DNA of 64,000 bases from Candidatus Bathyarchaeota archaeon (GCA_963828195.1 CAWHDT010000005.1:352001-416000); one strand, 5' to 3'; positions 46,948 through 56,349 are shown, counted from the first letter of the stretch. Notes: generated by a model not told the origin, from the letters alone. Translations and numbers: made by a program.

Positions 46948-47098
46948 ATTCCCAATTAGACTTTTATCAATAAAAGGGCCTGCAGAGCTGTTATATGGGT
47001 ACAATTCCCATCCCCGGCGAAGCCTTTCTCATTAGATTTTCAGAATGTTAGTAATCTTCATATCATACGGGTTTGTTATACAATATTTGGTTATACTT

Positions 47099-47329
47099 AT
47101 GGGTATGGAAGAAACCGTATGTGCGAAGGTTCCGGCTGAGCTCAAGAAAAAACTATCCATCTTAAACGTTAACATAAGCGAAGTAATACGCGAATCTTTA
47201 CAATCGGAAGTAGACCGATTGGAAAAAGAGCTGCTAAACAAGCTCGCCAAAGAGGTATCAATTATCCTCAAGAAAATCCCCTCTGAAGAGTTCACTGAAT
47301 CTATTCGTGCTTCAAGGGACAGCAGATGA
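47099..47329 (+). CDS. VapB-like RHH antitoxin
   Basis: VCAKVPAELKKKL..NISEVIR..IRASRDSR; ATGA overlap with PIN gene. Confidence 0.8.
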   Translation: MGMEETVCAKVPAELKKKLSILNVNISEVIRESLQSEVDRLEKELLNKLAKEVSIILKKIPSEEFTESIRASRDSR

Positions 47330-47745
47330 GTAAATCGCAGTACCTCTTTGACTCCAACATCATATACAAGGTCATCAGAGAACAACCACAAAATGCCGTG
47401 GAAAAACTGGCTGAAGGCTCAACGATTTATTTAGCATACTACGAGCTAGGCAATGCGTTATGGAGAGAATCCCTTTTGCTTAAAAGGATAAGTGTTGAAG
47501 AGGCTGAAAAATCATTAGATCTGATGTACTCAATTCTTGAACGTATACAGGTAGCCTCGCTTGATAATGAAACAGGAAGTGAAGTATTGGATATGGCGTA
47601 CAAATTTAAGTTAACATTTTATGACGCAGCCTATCTTGTAGAAGCAAAGAAAACAGGCAAAACCTTTGTAACTGATGACATCAAGCTTGCCAAAGCAGCA
47701 GAAAACTTGGGCATAAAAATCTTATCAAGCAAAGCGCTTATGTAA
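47326..47745 (+). CDS. vapC: VapC PIN-domain toxin
   Basis: FDSN, YELGNALW, LTFYDAAY, VTDD. Confidence 0.9.
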   Translation: MSKSQYLFDSNIIYKVIREQPQNAVEKLAEGSTIYLAYYELGNALWRESLLLKRISVEEAEKSLDLMYSILERIQVASLDNETGSEVLDMAYKFKLTFYDAAYLVEAKKTGKTFVTDDIKLAKAAENLGIKILSSKALM

Positions 47746-47799
47746 TGATTAGACAACCTGCATCACCTACACATAGGTGACAAAAACTTTGATGTAGTC

Positions 47800-47998
47800 G
47801 AAGAGAAAATACGCGGCGAAATGTTATGCTGATGGGTCAATAACTTTGGAGCGGGCTGCAAACGACGCTGAGGTATCTGTTAGAGAGATGATGGATTATT
47901 TCAAGCAGAAGAAAACGGTTTCTCAATATGATTGAGAAGATTTAGAGGAAGACATGAAGAACATTTACAAGCGAATTGGAAAAAAGAGCCCAGATTGA
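47800..47998 (+). pseudogene. Degenerate copy of the 3' half of the UPF0175 gene
   Basis: YAAKCYADGSITLERAANDAEVSVREMMDYFKQKKTVSQYD*EDLEEDM aligns to 46760-46947; in-frame TGA, no start. Confidence 0.8.
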
Positions 47999-48088
47999 TG
48001 AACACTTGAGCCACATTGAATAGATATTCAGACTCGAGAAGCCAAATTGAAGCAGGCATATAAACTAGTTTCCTTTTAAAAAGTAGCC

Positions 48089-48769
48089 ATGCGACTTGGG
48101 GTTTTGTTTTCAGGCGGCAAAGACTCAACAATGGCGCTTCACTTAGCTAAGGAAAAAGAAGAAGTCAAGTGCCTCATTACGGTGCTTTCGAAAAATAAAG
48201 AGAGCTTCATGTTTCATACTCCAAATATTGACGTAACGGCGCTTCAAGCACAAGCTTTAGGTCTGCCCCAGATAACAAGGACAACGCAGGGCGAAAAAGA
48301 GGAGGAACTCGCGGACCTAAAAGAAGCAATCGCTGAGGCTACAACAAATTTCCATATAGATGGCGTGGTAACGGGTGCAGTTGAGTCAGTCTATCAGGCT
48401 GAAAGAGTCCAGCGTATCTGCAATGACCTTGACCTTTGGTGCTTTAACCCTCTGTGGAAACACGACCAGAAAGCCCTCTTAGAGGAGCTTCTTGAAAAAC
48501 GTTTTAACGTGATTATTTCAGGAGTTTTTGCTTATCCTCTTGACGAAAAATGGCTTGGAAAACAAATCGACACCAAAATCATAGATAGGCTGGTGGACCT
48601 TCAGCAAAAGTATGGCTTAAGCCCAGCTGGAGAAGGCGGCGAAATTGAGACAACAGTTTTAGATGCGCCGCTTTTCAAAAAGAAAATCGAAGTCCTTGAT
48701 TACAGTGTCGAGTTTAAAGGAAATTCTGGAGTATTCATAATTAAGCGGTCACGGCTGGTTTCCAAATGA
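48089..48769 (+). CDS. Diphthine-ammonia ligase family (Dph6/MJ0570)
   Basis: FSGGKDS, SFMFH, GAVESVYQ, PLW, GEGGEIET. Confidence 0.9.
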   Translation: MRLGVLFSGGKDSTMALHLAKEKEEVKCLITVLSKNKESFMFHTPNIDVTALQAQALGLPQITRTTQGEKEEELADLKEAIAEATTNFHIDGVVTGAVESVYQAERVQRICNDLDLWCFNPLWKHDQKALLEELLEKRFNVIISGVFAYPLDEKWLGKQIDTKIIDRLVDLQQKYGLSPAGEGGEIETTVLDAPLFKKKIEVLDYSVEFKGNSGVFIIKRSRLVSK

Positions 48770-49314
48770 TCCTTGTTGTAGACATGAATTGGAAAAAGGA
48801 TTCATTAGGCTTCTACGAGTTCGTATTACCCATAGTCGCAATTGCCAAAACACAGGACAAATGCCGTGTCAAACATTTCCTTGAAGTAACCACACAAGAT
48901 CTAAGCCAATGCGAAAGCATAATTCTTTCAGGCACCACGCTCAAAGACTCGGCAACGTTGAGTCAGCCCGACAAGTTCAGTTGGCTCAAAGAAACAGAAA
49001 AGCCGGTTTTAGGCATCTGCGCAGGTATGGAAACGATAGGCGTGGTTTTCAATATGCGTTTAATTCGATGTTTAGAGATAGGTATTACACAGATAAATTG
49101 TTCAAAAGAAAACCCGCTTTTTAACCGTGAATTCAAGGCTTACTCTCTTCACAGTTACTGCGTCGAGCCTTCAGAAGATTTTTATGTTTGGGCAAAATCC
49201 ACAAAATGTACCCAAATTATTAAACATAAAACCAAGAGAATTTACGGTGTGCTTTTTCATCCTGAAGTGAGAAACCCCGAATTAATTCAAGGTTTCCTTC
49301 GCCTCAAAAGTTAG
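48766..49314 (+). CDS. Class I glutamine amidotransferase
   Basis: IILSG, PVLGICAG, FHPE triad. Confidence 0.85.
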   Translation: MILVVDMNWKKDSLGFYEFVLPIVAIAKTQDKCRVKHFLEVTTQDLSQCESIILSGTTLKDSATLSQPDKFSWLKETEKPVLGICAGMETIGVVFNMRLIRCLEIGITQINCSKENPLFNREFKAYSLHSYCVEPSEDFYVWAKSTKCTQIIKHKTKRIYGVLFHPEVRNPELIQGFLRLKS

Positions 49315-49418
49315 CGCCTGACAAGGAAGCGCTGAAAAGAAGGTAACAGAAACTTAATTACTTAGCAAACCAAATTTAAAGTATACTAATTTTATTGTTT
49401 AAACGAAGTGATTTTAAC

Positions 49419-51836
49419 ATGATAAACAAGTTGCCAATAGAAAAGTTAAGGAAAGAATGTGAACCTGATTTTATGCAGTGTGAATCGACCAAAGATCTTG
49501 TTCCTTTAAGCGAAATTATAGGCCAAGAAAGAGCTGTTCGAGCCTTAAAATTCGGGCTCGGCATAAAAGACCACGGTTTCAACATGTACGTTGCAGGTTA
49601 CCCAGGAACAGGCAGAAAAACCACGGTTCAAAACTTTGTAGAAGCCCAAGCGAAAGTTCAACCAGTTCCGCCTGACTGGTGCTATGTCAATAATTTTGCT
49701 AACTCGTATGAACCGAAAGCCATTCAGTTGCCGCCGGGAAAAGGAAAAGAATTCCGCGATGATATGAAGAATTTTATTGAAAACGTTGTTCGTAACGCGC
49801 TTCCTAAGGCTTTTGAAAGTGAAGATTACATTGCAAGAAGAGACGCAACAATCCAGGGGCTTGAAAATCAGCGGAAAAAGTTAATTGACGAATTAAACGA
49901 GAAGGCTCAAAGCGAAGGCTTTGTAATTCAAACGACACCAATTGGCCTCTTACTTATTCCGGTGCTAGACGGCAAACCGCTCAGCGAAGAAGAAATGTTA
50001 GCTTTGCCTCAGAAAATGAAAGAGAAGATTCAAGAGAAAAGGGAAAAGTTGGAAGCGGATTTTAGGAACACGATGCGGCAGCTAATAGATATGGAGAGAA
50101 AAATTCATGAGGCAATAAAGAAACTTAACAAAGAAGTTGCCCTCTTCACTATTGGCAATCAAGTTGAAAGCTTAATTGAGAAATACAAAGGATCAGCCGA
50201 AGTAGCAGCTTACATGAAAGATGTCGAAAACGACATTTTAGATAATCTGCAGCAGTTCATTAAAAGAGGGGAACCTCAACAGCAATTCCCGTTCCCAATG
50301 CCGTGGATGAGGGAAGAGCCTTATAAGAAATATGAGGTAAACGTAGTCATCGATAATTCCGATACTAAAGGCGCCCCTGTTGTTATGGAATCTAACCCAA
50401 CTTACCCCAACCTTCTTGGAAAAACAGAGAAGGAAGCGCAGTTTGGGGCATTAACCACTGACTTCACCATGATAAGGGGAGGATCCATACACAAAGCCAA
50501 CGGCGGATACCTGATTATTCCAGTTGAAGACCTGCTGAGAAACCCCTTCTCCTATGACGGTTTGAAGCGGGATCTTAGAGATAGAAACATAGCGATAGCG
50601 GAACCTGAAGAACGTTATGGTTTTCTAAGCGTTAAAACCCTTAAACCTCAACCGATTCCGATGACAGCGAAAGTCATTCTAATCGGTGATCCCGAAATTT
50701 ACCAACTCATGTTCCAGTTGGATACCGATTTCAGAGACTTGTTCAAAATTAAAGCTGAATTTGACACAGTAATGAATCGGACTGATGACACAATAAGCCA
50801 GTATGCTTCTTGGGTATGTACGCTCTGCGAAAAAGAAAAACTCAAACACCTCGACGGCACAGGAATAGCTAAACTAGTAGAGTACAGTTCAAGAATTGCA
50901 GATGACCAATACAAACTGTCAACGCAGTTCGCACTTGTAGCAGACATCATTCGCGAAGCAAACTATTACGCTTCACAAGATAATACCGAGTTCATAAATG
51001 GAAGCCAAGTCAAAAAAGCAATAGAAGAAAAAGTTTACCGCTCAAAACTCGTTGAAGAAAAAATTCAAGAAATGATAACCCGCGGATTCTTCCTGATCGA
51101 CACCATCGACGAGAGAGTGGGGCAAGTAAACGGCTTATCCGTTATGGGCCTAGGCGACTTTGCCTTCGGTACCCCTTCGCGTGTAACAGTAAGCATCGGC
51201 TTGGGCAGAGAAGGAGTAATTGATATTGAAAGAGAAGCGAAGATGGGTGGACCGATACACACAAAAGGCGTTTTGATTCTCAGCGGCTACATAAATGACA
51301 AATATGCCAGGGATAAACTGTTAAGTCTTTCTGCCAGGCTTACTTTTGAGCAGAGCTACGGGGGAGTTGAAGGTGACAGCGCTTCAAGCACCGAATTATA
51401 TTCGATTTTGTCAGCGCTTTCGGGACTGCCGATAAAACAGAACATAGCTGTAACAGGGTCAGTTAATCAGAAAGGTGAAGTGCAAGCCATCGGTGGCGTC
51501 AATGAAAAAATCGAGGGTTTCTTTGAAGTCTGCAAACTTAAGGGCTTAAATGGAACACAGGGAGTGATGATACCCGAGAGCAATGTGCAAAACCTGATGC
51601 TCAAAGAAGAAGTTGTTGAAGCAGCAAAGGCAGGAAAATTCAACATCTACTCCGTTAAAACAATAGATGAAGGCATAGAAGTTCTCACTGGGACAAAGGC
51701 TGGACAAAAAAATGCAGATGGATCTTTCGAAGAAGGAACAGTGAATTACCTAGTTGACAAGCAACTAAGAGAAATGGCTGATAAACTAAAAGAGTACCCG
51801 ACTGCCGCAACGCCAGAGAAAAAAGCTGAAAGCTGA
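49419..51836 (+). CDS. Lon-like protease, LonC type
   Basis: IGQERA, GYPGTGRKT, coiled-coil insert, ANGGYL, GDSAS (Ser), IGGVNEKIEGFF (Lys); no transmembrane insert. Confidence 0.88.
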   Translation: MINKLPIEKLRKECEPDFMQCESTKDLVPLSEIIGQERAVRALKFGLGIKDHGFNMYVAGYPGTGRKTTVQNFVEAQAKVQPVPPDWCYVNNFANSYEPKAIQLPPGKGKEFRDDMKNFIENVVRNALPKAFESEDYIARRDATIQGLENQRKKLIDELNEKAQSEGFVIQTTPIGLLLIPVLDGKPLSEEEMLALPQKMKEKIQEKREKLEADFRNTMRQLIDMERKIHEAIKKLNKEVALFTIGNQVESLIEKYKGSAEVAAYMKDVENDILDNLQQFIKRGEPQQQFPFPMPWMREEPYKKYEVNVVIDNSDTKGAPVVMESNPTYPNLLGKTEKEAQFGALTTDFTMIRGGSIHKANGGYLIIPVEDLLRNPFSYDGLKRDLRDRNIAIAEPEERYGFLSVKTLKPQPIPMTAKVILIGDPEIYQLMFQLDTDFRDLFKIKAEFDTVMNRTDDTISQYASWVCTLCEKEKLKHLDGTGIAKLVEYSSRIADDQYKLSTQFALVADIIREANYYASQDNTEFINGSQVKKAIEEKVYRSKLVEEKIQEMITRGFFLIDTIDERVGQVNGLSVMGLGDFAFGTPSRVTVSIGLGREGVIDIEREAKMGGPIHTKGVLILSGYINDKYARDKLLSLSARLTFEQSYGGVEGDSASSTELYSILSALSGLPIKQNIAVTGSVNQKGEVQAIGGVNEKIEGFFEVCKLKGLNGTQGVMIPESNVQNLMLKEEVVEAAKAGKFNIYSVKTIDEGIEVLTGTKAGQKNADGSFEEGTVNYLVDKQLREMADKLKEYPTAATPEKKAES

Positions 51837-51974
51837 TTTAAAAATTTTGATTTAGCACTTTTTCTTCTTCTTTTTTAGTTGTTTCAAGTGGATAAGAAAT
51901 ATTGATTCTGACTCGTTATTCTGAAGAATCAAGGTTTATTTGCATTTAGACACTACGGGTAATTAGGTGCAAAT

Positions 51975-52193
51975 TTGGTAACTCCAAAGGGCAAGCGCAA
52001 ACGTAGCAAAGTATTGATGATTGTGCTTTTTCCAGCGGTTATGTTTATTGCAGTTATTGGTTGGTGCTTGTACTGTTTGGGAGACCAAAAAAGACCAAAG
52101 AAGAAACAGCATAAACCGCCCCAAAAAATTGATGACGAGAACGTAACCTTTATGCCTATAATTTACGAGGAAAAGGAAGAAATAAGAACTTAA
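51975..52193 (+). CDS. Small single-pass membrane protein
   Basis: Basic N-terminus, 20-aa hydrophobic helix, charged tail. Confidence 0.6.
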   Translation: MVTPKGKRKRSKVLMIVLFPAVMFIAVIGWCLYCLGDQKRPKKKQHKPPQKIDDENVTFMPIIYEEKEEIRT

Positions 52194-52303
52194 TAATGCA
52201 AAAGCAAGCGCTTCATTAATCATTTGCAAAGTTAAAATTTGAACATTATAAATAGGCTTGCACGCTTGTTGTTGCAAATGCACAACCACAATTCCATTTA
52301 TAC

Positions 52304-52460
52304 CTCGCAAAAGTTCTGTTAACTTGCGAGAAAATAGCCATCCAAGAGGTACACCCACGCTTGGCGGGTTAGCAGTTAAATGAGGCGCGGATTGCTGCAC
52401 CCTGAAGACTCAGGGCTTTTTGATCCGCGGCTGTCGTTTAACAGTTGCGATCCGTCAAGC
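52304..52460 (+). ncRNA. Candidate structured non-coding RNA
   Basis: Hairpin 52304-52330 plus a 102-nt multi-stem hairpin 52359-52460 with G-U pairs on the + strand; TATA-like at 52247. Confidence 0.45.
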
Positions 52461-52548
52461 CTACTTTTGGTTACTCTTATCAAGTTAGCTGGTTTTCTGT
52501 ATAGAATTTATAAGGGATAGATGCAATTCTATTTTTTGTGAACGTAAC

Positions 52549-52908
52549 TTGAATTACAAAGAAAACATGCATCCGAAAGTCAGCCAAGCAGAAATGGCTG
52601 TTTTCCACGAATTAAGCAAAGCTGGCTTAACCACCGGCATGCTGACGCAAAACCCCATCATCCTAAAATCCACTATTCCAGATTTCTGTTGGGCTAACAA
52701 AAGAAAAATTGTGTACTTAGACGGCGTGCCAGTGCATTCCAGTGATAAAGCACAAAAACGTGACTGCGAAATCGATGAACTGCTGGAAGCGCAGGGATGG
52801 GAAGTGCTTAGAATTCCCTATCAACCGCCCATAACAGAGAAGGGACTTGCTGAAATAATGGCAACCATAAAACATTTTTTAAATGCGGACGTAGAAGAGG
52901 AAACGTAG
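52549..52908 (+). CDS. DUF559/Vsr-like PD-(D/E)xK endonuclease domain protein
   Basis: SQAE, IPDF, YLDGVPVH, RD, GWEVLRI. Confidence 0.75.
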   Translation: MNYKENMHPKVSQAEMAVFHELSKAGLTTGMLTQNPIILKSTIPDFCWANKRKIVYLDGVPVHSSDKAQKRDCEIDELLEAQGWEVLRIPYQPPITEKGLAEIMATIKHFLNADVEEET

Positions 52909-52945
52909 ATTTTTTTAATCGTTCAGTCTTCTGTTTTTTTGGTAG

Positions 52946-52999
52946 AATTTTGAATTTTAAAAGAACAACAACACCCGAAAAACAACTGTTGTTCTTCTC
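52946..52999 (-). repeat. 54-bp hairpin repeat, copy B
   Basis: Inverted copy of 15455-15508. Confidence 0.8.
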
Positions 53000-53075
53000 A
53001 GGCTTTGTCTGGGCAAGTTTCTGAAGTCGCCTCATGAAAAGATATTTATCTGTTAGAACTTACCTCTTTGGGAAT

Positions 53076-53184
53076 GCTCCGGTAGTATAGTCCGGTCAAA
53101 CCTTACTAAGCCATCTTATTAAGGGACCATGTATAGCGGCCTCTCGAGTCGCGGACCCGGGTCCAAATCCCGGCCGGAGCACCA
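53076..53184 (+). tRNA. tRNA-Glu(CTC) with 31-nt D-loop intron (53100-53130)
   Basis: GCTCCGG/CCGGAGC, GCGGC-CTCTCGA-GTCGC, CCGGG-TCCAAAT-CCCGG, CCA; BHB-like GGTC/GACC helix. Confidence 0.92.
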
Positions 53185-53242
53185 TTTTATTTAGTTCCAG
53201 CATGCAGTTTTTTCTAACTGATGGCTTTTCCAAAAAGAAAAA

Positions 53243-54346
53243 TTATTTGTATGCGAGTGTTGAGCATAATTCTTCTACCGTGCGGTTAAGTGTTAGTTCT
53301 GCCATGTTTCTGCTGTAGTCCATTATGCGTCTTGAGCTGTCAAAGATCAAGCGCAGCACTGAAGCTATGTTTGGGTCGAGTTTTTTGCTTGACATCAACA
53401 TTATCAACTCGTTTTCAAGTGGAGCGAGGGTGTCACGTTTTGAGATGAGTTTTTCTGCGTCTTTGTATTCTCTTTTGAACAACGCTTTTATGGCGTCGTC
53501 GTATAGCTGGTTGGCTTGGGTGCTGAAGTTGACGAGTTGATTGTATATTTCTTCGTCTATGGGGTCTTTTATGTATAGGGTTTCGTCGTCGATGAGTTTT
53601 TGCAGTGAACCCAAGTTGTTGATGATGTTCATGGCGTTTTGAGCGATGCTTTCCACATCGTTTACGGCGATGCGGTAGAGGAGAAATTCCTTGGGTGTTC
53701 TAAAGCCGAGTTCCCGGTACAGGTTGCGCTCTATCCCATATTTCAGTTGGCGAACAATGTATAATCCCAAGCGGTTTACATCATTGTGGGCATTGATTAC
53801 GCTGTCAAATAAAGCGGTGCTTCTCTCTTTTAAGGCGGCGATGGCGTCCCTGTTTGCGGAGAGCGCTACGATAGCCATTCGTCTGACGGCTTTTTCAATT
53901 GGGAATTCTGAAGGTTTTATCAGAATTTGCAAGGTAATTTCATCGGTTGTTTCATCTATTATTTCTGAGCCGAGAAAATTGTCTCTTGCCAAATTTTTTA
54001 TTTCATTTTTGTATTTTACTGTATCCTGAGTGTTTTTGAATCGGACGCGTATTATGTCGGCTCCTATGGCGTATAATGCGCGGGTCATGCGTAAAGTTGA
54101 TTGTATGGGTTCTTTCGGGTCAACGGTGATGAAGTATTCTTTGGGTTTAGCTGCGTTGCCTCTGCCTTCTTTTTCCTGTATTTTCCGTGGAACCAACGTT
54201 AAGGTGGAGTCTGGCTGGATGTTGAAGGCTATTTCGCTGCCGCGTTTTAATTCGAGGTCTTGGACCCATTCTTTGGGAAGCGAGATTATGTATGAGCCTC
54301 TGCCTGTGCATTGGACTCTTCTATAGCCTAGGTCTTTTTCTGCCAT
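53243..54346 (-). CDS. phoU: Archaeal phosphate-uptake regulator (AbrB + PhoU domains)
   Basis: RRVQCTGRGSYIISLPKEW followed by two PhoU-like helical bundles. Confidence 0.85.
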   Translation of the reverse strand: MAEKDLGYRRVQCTGRGSYIISLPKEWVQDLELKRGSEIAFNIQPDSTLTLVPRKIQEKEGRGNAAKPKEYFITVDPKEPIQSTLRMTRALYAIGADIIRVRFKNTQDTVKYKNEIKNLARDNFLGSEIIDETTDEITLQILIKPSEFPIEKAVRRMAIVALSANRDAIAALKERSTALFDSVINAHNDVNRLGLYIVRQLKYGIERNLYRELGFRTPKEFLLYRIAVNDVESIAQNAMNIINNLGSLQKLIDDETLYIKDPIDEEIYNQLVNFSTQANQLYDDAIKALFKREYKDAEKLISKRDTLAPLENELIMLMSSKKLDPNIASVLRLIFDSSRRIMDYSRNMAELTLNRTVEELCSTLAYK

Positions 54347-54621
54347 ACCCTCATCGCCTGATATACGAATCGTTTAGATAACATATTTCACGACGTTGCA
54401 TATAAATGATTATCAACAAAGTTATATAGAATATGTGCTATTTATGTGGGCTAGCACTAATAAAAAAGTGGTAAAAATGGCAGTAAACACCCGCAAAATA
54501 ATACTGACTTGTGGTAACCAATCGCCCACAAACAAAAGCGTTTTTTGCACAAGCGACGTTGAACTGCACATTCTCATGCTCACTTGTCCACGCTAAACAC
54601 GAAATCTAAAGAGGTTAAAGT

Positions 54622-55068
54622 ATGGTTAAAAGAATAGTTGCAAAACAAGAAGTATGCATCGGATGCGGACTATGCGAAGTCTACTGCACAGTTCAGCATT
54701 CAAAATCAAAAGACATAATCAAAGCCTACAACAGCGAGAAGCCTAAACCAATAAGCCGAGTTAAACTAGAAGTCAACAAGCCCGTCTCCTTCGCCATCCA
54801 ATGCCGACACTGCGAAGACGCCCCATGCGTAATCGCTTGCTTATCAGGCGCAATGCAAAAAGACGAAAAAACAGGTCAAGTAACCCATAACCAAGAGAAA
54901 TGCATGGGCTGCTGGACCTGCATAATGGTTTGCCCATATGGCGCTTTAAAAATGGACAAGGAAGACCATGTGGTTGCTAAATGCGATTTATGCCAAGACC
55001 TCGAGGAGCCAGCATGTGTTGCCAACTGCCCCAATGGAGCGTTGGTTTTCAAAGAGGTGAAACCGTAA
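54622..55068 (+). CDS. CooF/DmsB-like 4x[4Fe-4S] protein
   Basis: CIGCGLCEVYC, CRHCEDAPC, CMGCWTCIMVCP, KCDLC..CVANCP. Confidence 0.88.
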   Translation: MVKRIVAKQEVCIGCGLCEVYCTVQHSKSKDIIKAYNSEKPKPISRVKLEVNKPVSFAIQCRHCEDAPCVIACLSGAMQKDEKTGQVTHNQEKCMGCWTCIMVCPYGALKMDKEDHVVAKCDLCQDLEEPACVANCPNGALVFKEVKP

Positions 55069-56349
55069 ATGGCGAAGTACGTGGTTGTTGGCGCTTCAGC
55101 AGCAGGCATAGGTGCAGTTGAAGCCATACGAGAAGTAGATCAAACTGGGGCCATAACCATAATCTCCGAGGAAACATGCGCACATTACAGTCGCCCAATG
55201 ATCAGCGACCTCCTGAGTGGAAAAGCAGACACCAAAAAAATGAAGTGCCGAAGCGACGAGTTCTGGAAAGAAAACAACATTGAAGCAATCATGGGCAAAA
55301 AAGCAACAGCCCTAAACTTAACTGAAAAAACTGTTCAGCTAGACAGCGGCGAAAAAGTTGCTTACGAAAAACTGTTGCTGGCGACAGGCGGCAAACCCTT
55401 TGTTCCAAAAATGGAGGGGTCAGATAAAGACGGCGTATTCACTTTCACAACGATGGGTGATGCGCAGCGCCTTGGAGCTAAGATTGACAGCATAAACGCT
55501 AAGTCAGCCATAGTTATCGGCGCTGGTCTCATCGGCATAAGCGTAACTGAAGCGCTCATGAAACGGGGTTTAAAAGTTACTATGGTTGAGTTGCAAGAGA
55601 AAATTCTCAGCTTGCTCTTAGACGCAAAAGGTTCAGACATCGTTGAAGCGGCTGTCAAGAAAGCAGGCGTCAACATCATAACTGGCCAGTCTGTCCAGAA
55701 AATAGTGGGCAAACCAGATAACGAAAGCACCGTCGGCGGAGTAACCTTAACTAAAGGCGACCAAGTACCCTGCGACCTCGTCATCGTAGCCATAGGTGTC
55801 ATTCCACGGACTGAGTTAGCGGTCGGGACAACGGTGAAAATCAACAGGGGGATAGTGGTTGACGACGCTATGCAGACAAATGTCCCTGACGTTTACGCCA
55901 GCGGCGATGTGGCTGAAGCGTACGATTTCATTTTGAATCAGAACCGACTTTTGCCCCTTTGGCCTCTTGCGGTTTTAGAGGGACAAGTTGCAGGGTATAA
56001 CATGGCGGGAAAGAAAACTGCTTACGCGGGCGGCACAAACATGAGCAGCCTCAAGTATTTCGGCATACCTATCGTCTCGATAGGCTTAGCTAACGCTAAA
56101 GAAGACCCAGCTTTGGAGGTGCTTGTTAAACAAGACATCGAACGCGGCATCTACAAGAAAATTGTCTTAAAAAACAACGTTATCGTAGGCTTAACGCTTG
56201 TTAACAGCATTGAGCGAGCGGGCATCTTGTTCTACCTGATAAAAAACGCGGTGAACGTGAAAAAATTCAAGCAGAAACTTCTCGAAGACGACTTCAGCTG
56301 GGCCACATTGCCGGCGGGTCTTCAGAGAAAAATGGGTGTGGTGCAATAA
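55069..56349 (+). CDS. NAD(P)/FAD-dependent oxidoreductase (NirB N-terminal/rubredoxin-reductase-like)
   Basis: GASAAG, YSRP, LLATG, GAGLIG, TNVPDVYASGD. Confidence 0.88.
   Translation: MAKYVVVGASAAGIGAVEAIREVDQTGAITIISEETCAHYSRPMISDLLSGKADTKKMKCRSDEFWKENNIEAIMGKKATALNLTEKTVQLDSGEKVAYEKLLLATGGKPFVPKMEGSDKDGVFTFTTMGDAQRLGAKIDSINAKSAIVIGAGLIGISVTEALMKRGLKVTMVELQEKILSLLLDAKGSDIVEAAVKKAGVNIITGQSVQKIVGKPDNESTVGGVTLTKGDQVPCDLVIVAIGVIPRTELAVGTTVKINRGIVVDDAMQTNVPDVYASGDVAEAYDFILNQNRLLPLWPLAVLEGQVAGYNMAGKKTAYAGGTNMSSLKYFGIPIVSIGLANAKEDPALEVLVKQDIERGIYKKIVLKNNVIVGLTLVNSIERAGILFYLIKNAVNVKKFKQKLLEDDFSWATLPAGLQRKMGVVQ

Larger units (their letters stand above)
45548..47018 (+). mobile_element. tRNA-Cys-anchored mini island bounded by a degenerate direct repeat
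   Basis: 46978-47018 repeats tRNA-Cys 45548-45590 (GCCTGCAGAGCTGTTATAT..GGGTACAATTCCCATCCCCGGC); AT-rich cargo; no integrase visible. Confidence 0.65.

Noticed and set aside
51963-52400. 145-aa minus-strand ORF
   Set aside because: Antisense to the small membrane protein gene and the hairpin region; no protein-like features.
54350-54620. Copy of the nitrogen operator before the glutamate synthase operon
   Set aside because: No TGAACA-N13-TATA arrangement found on either strand.
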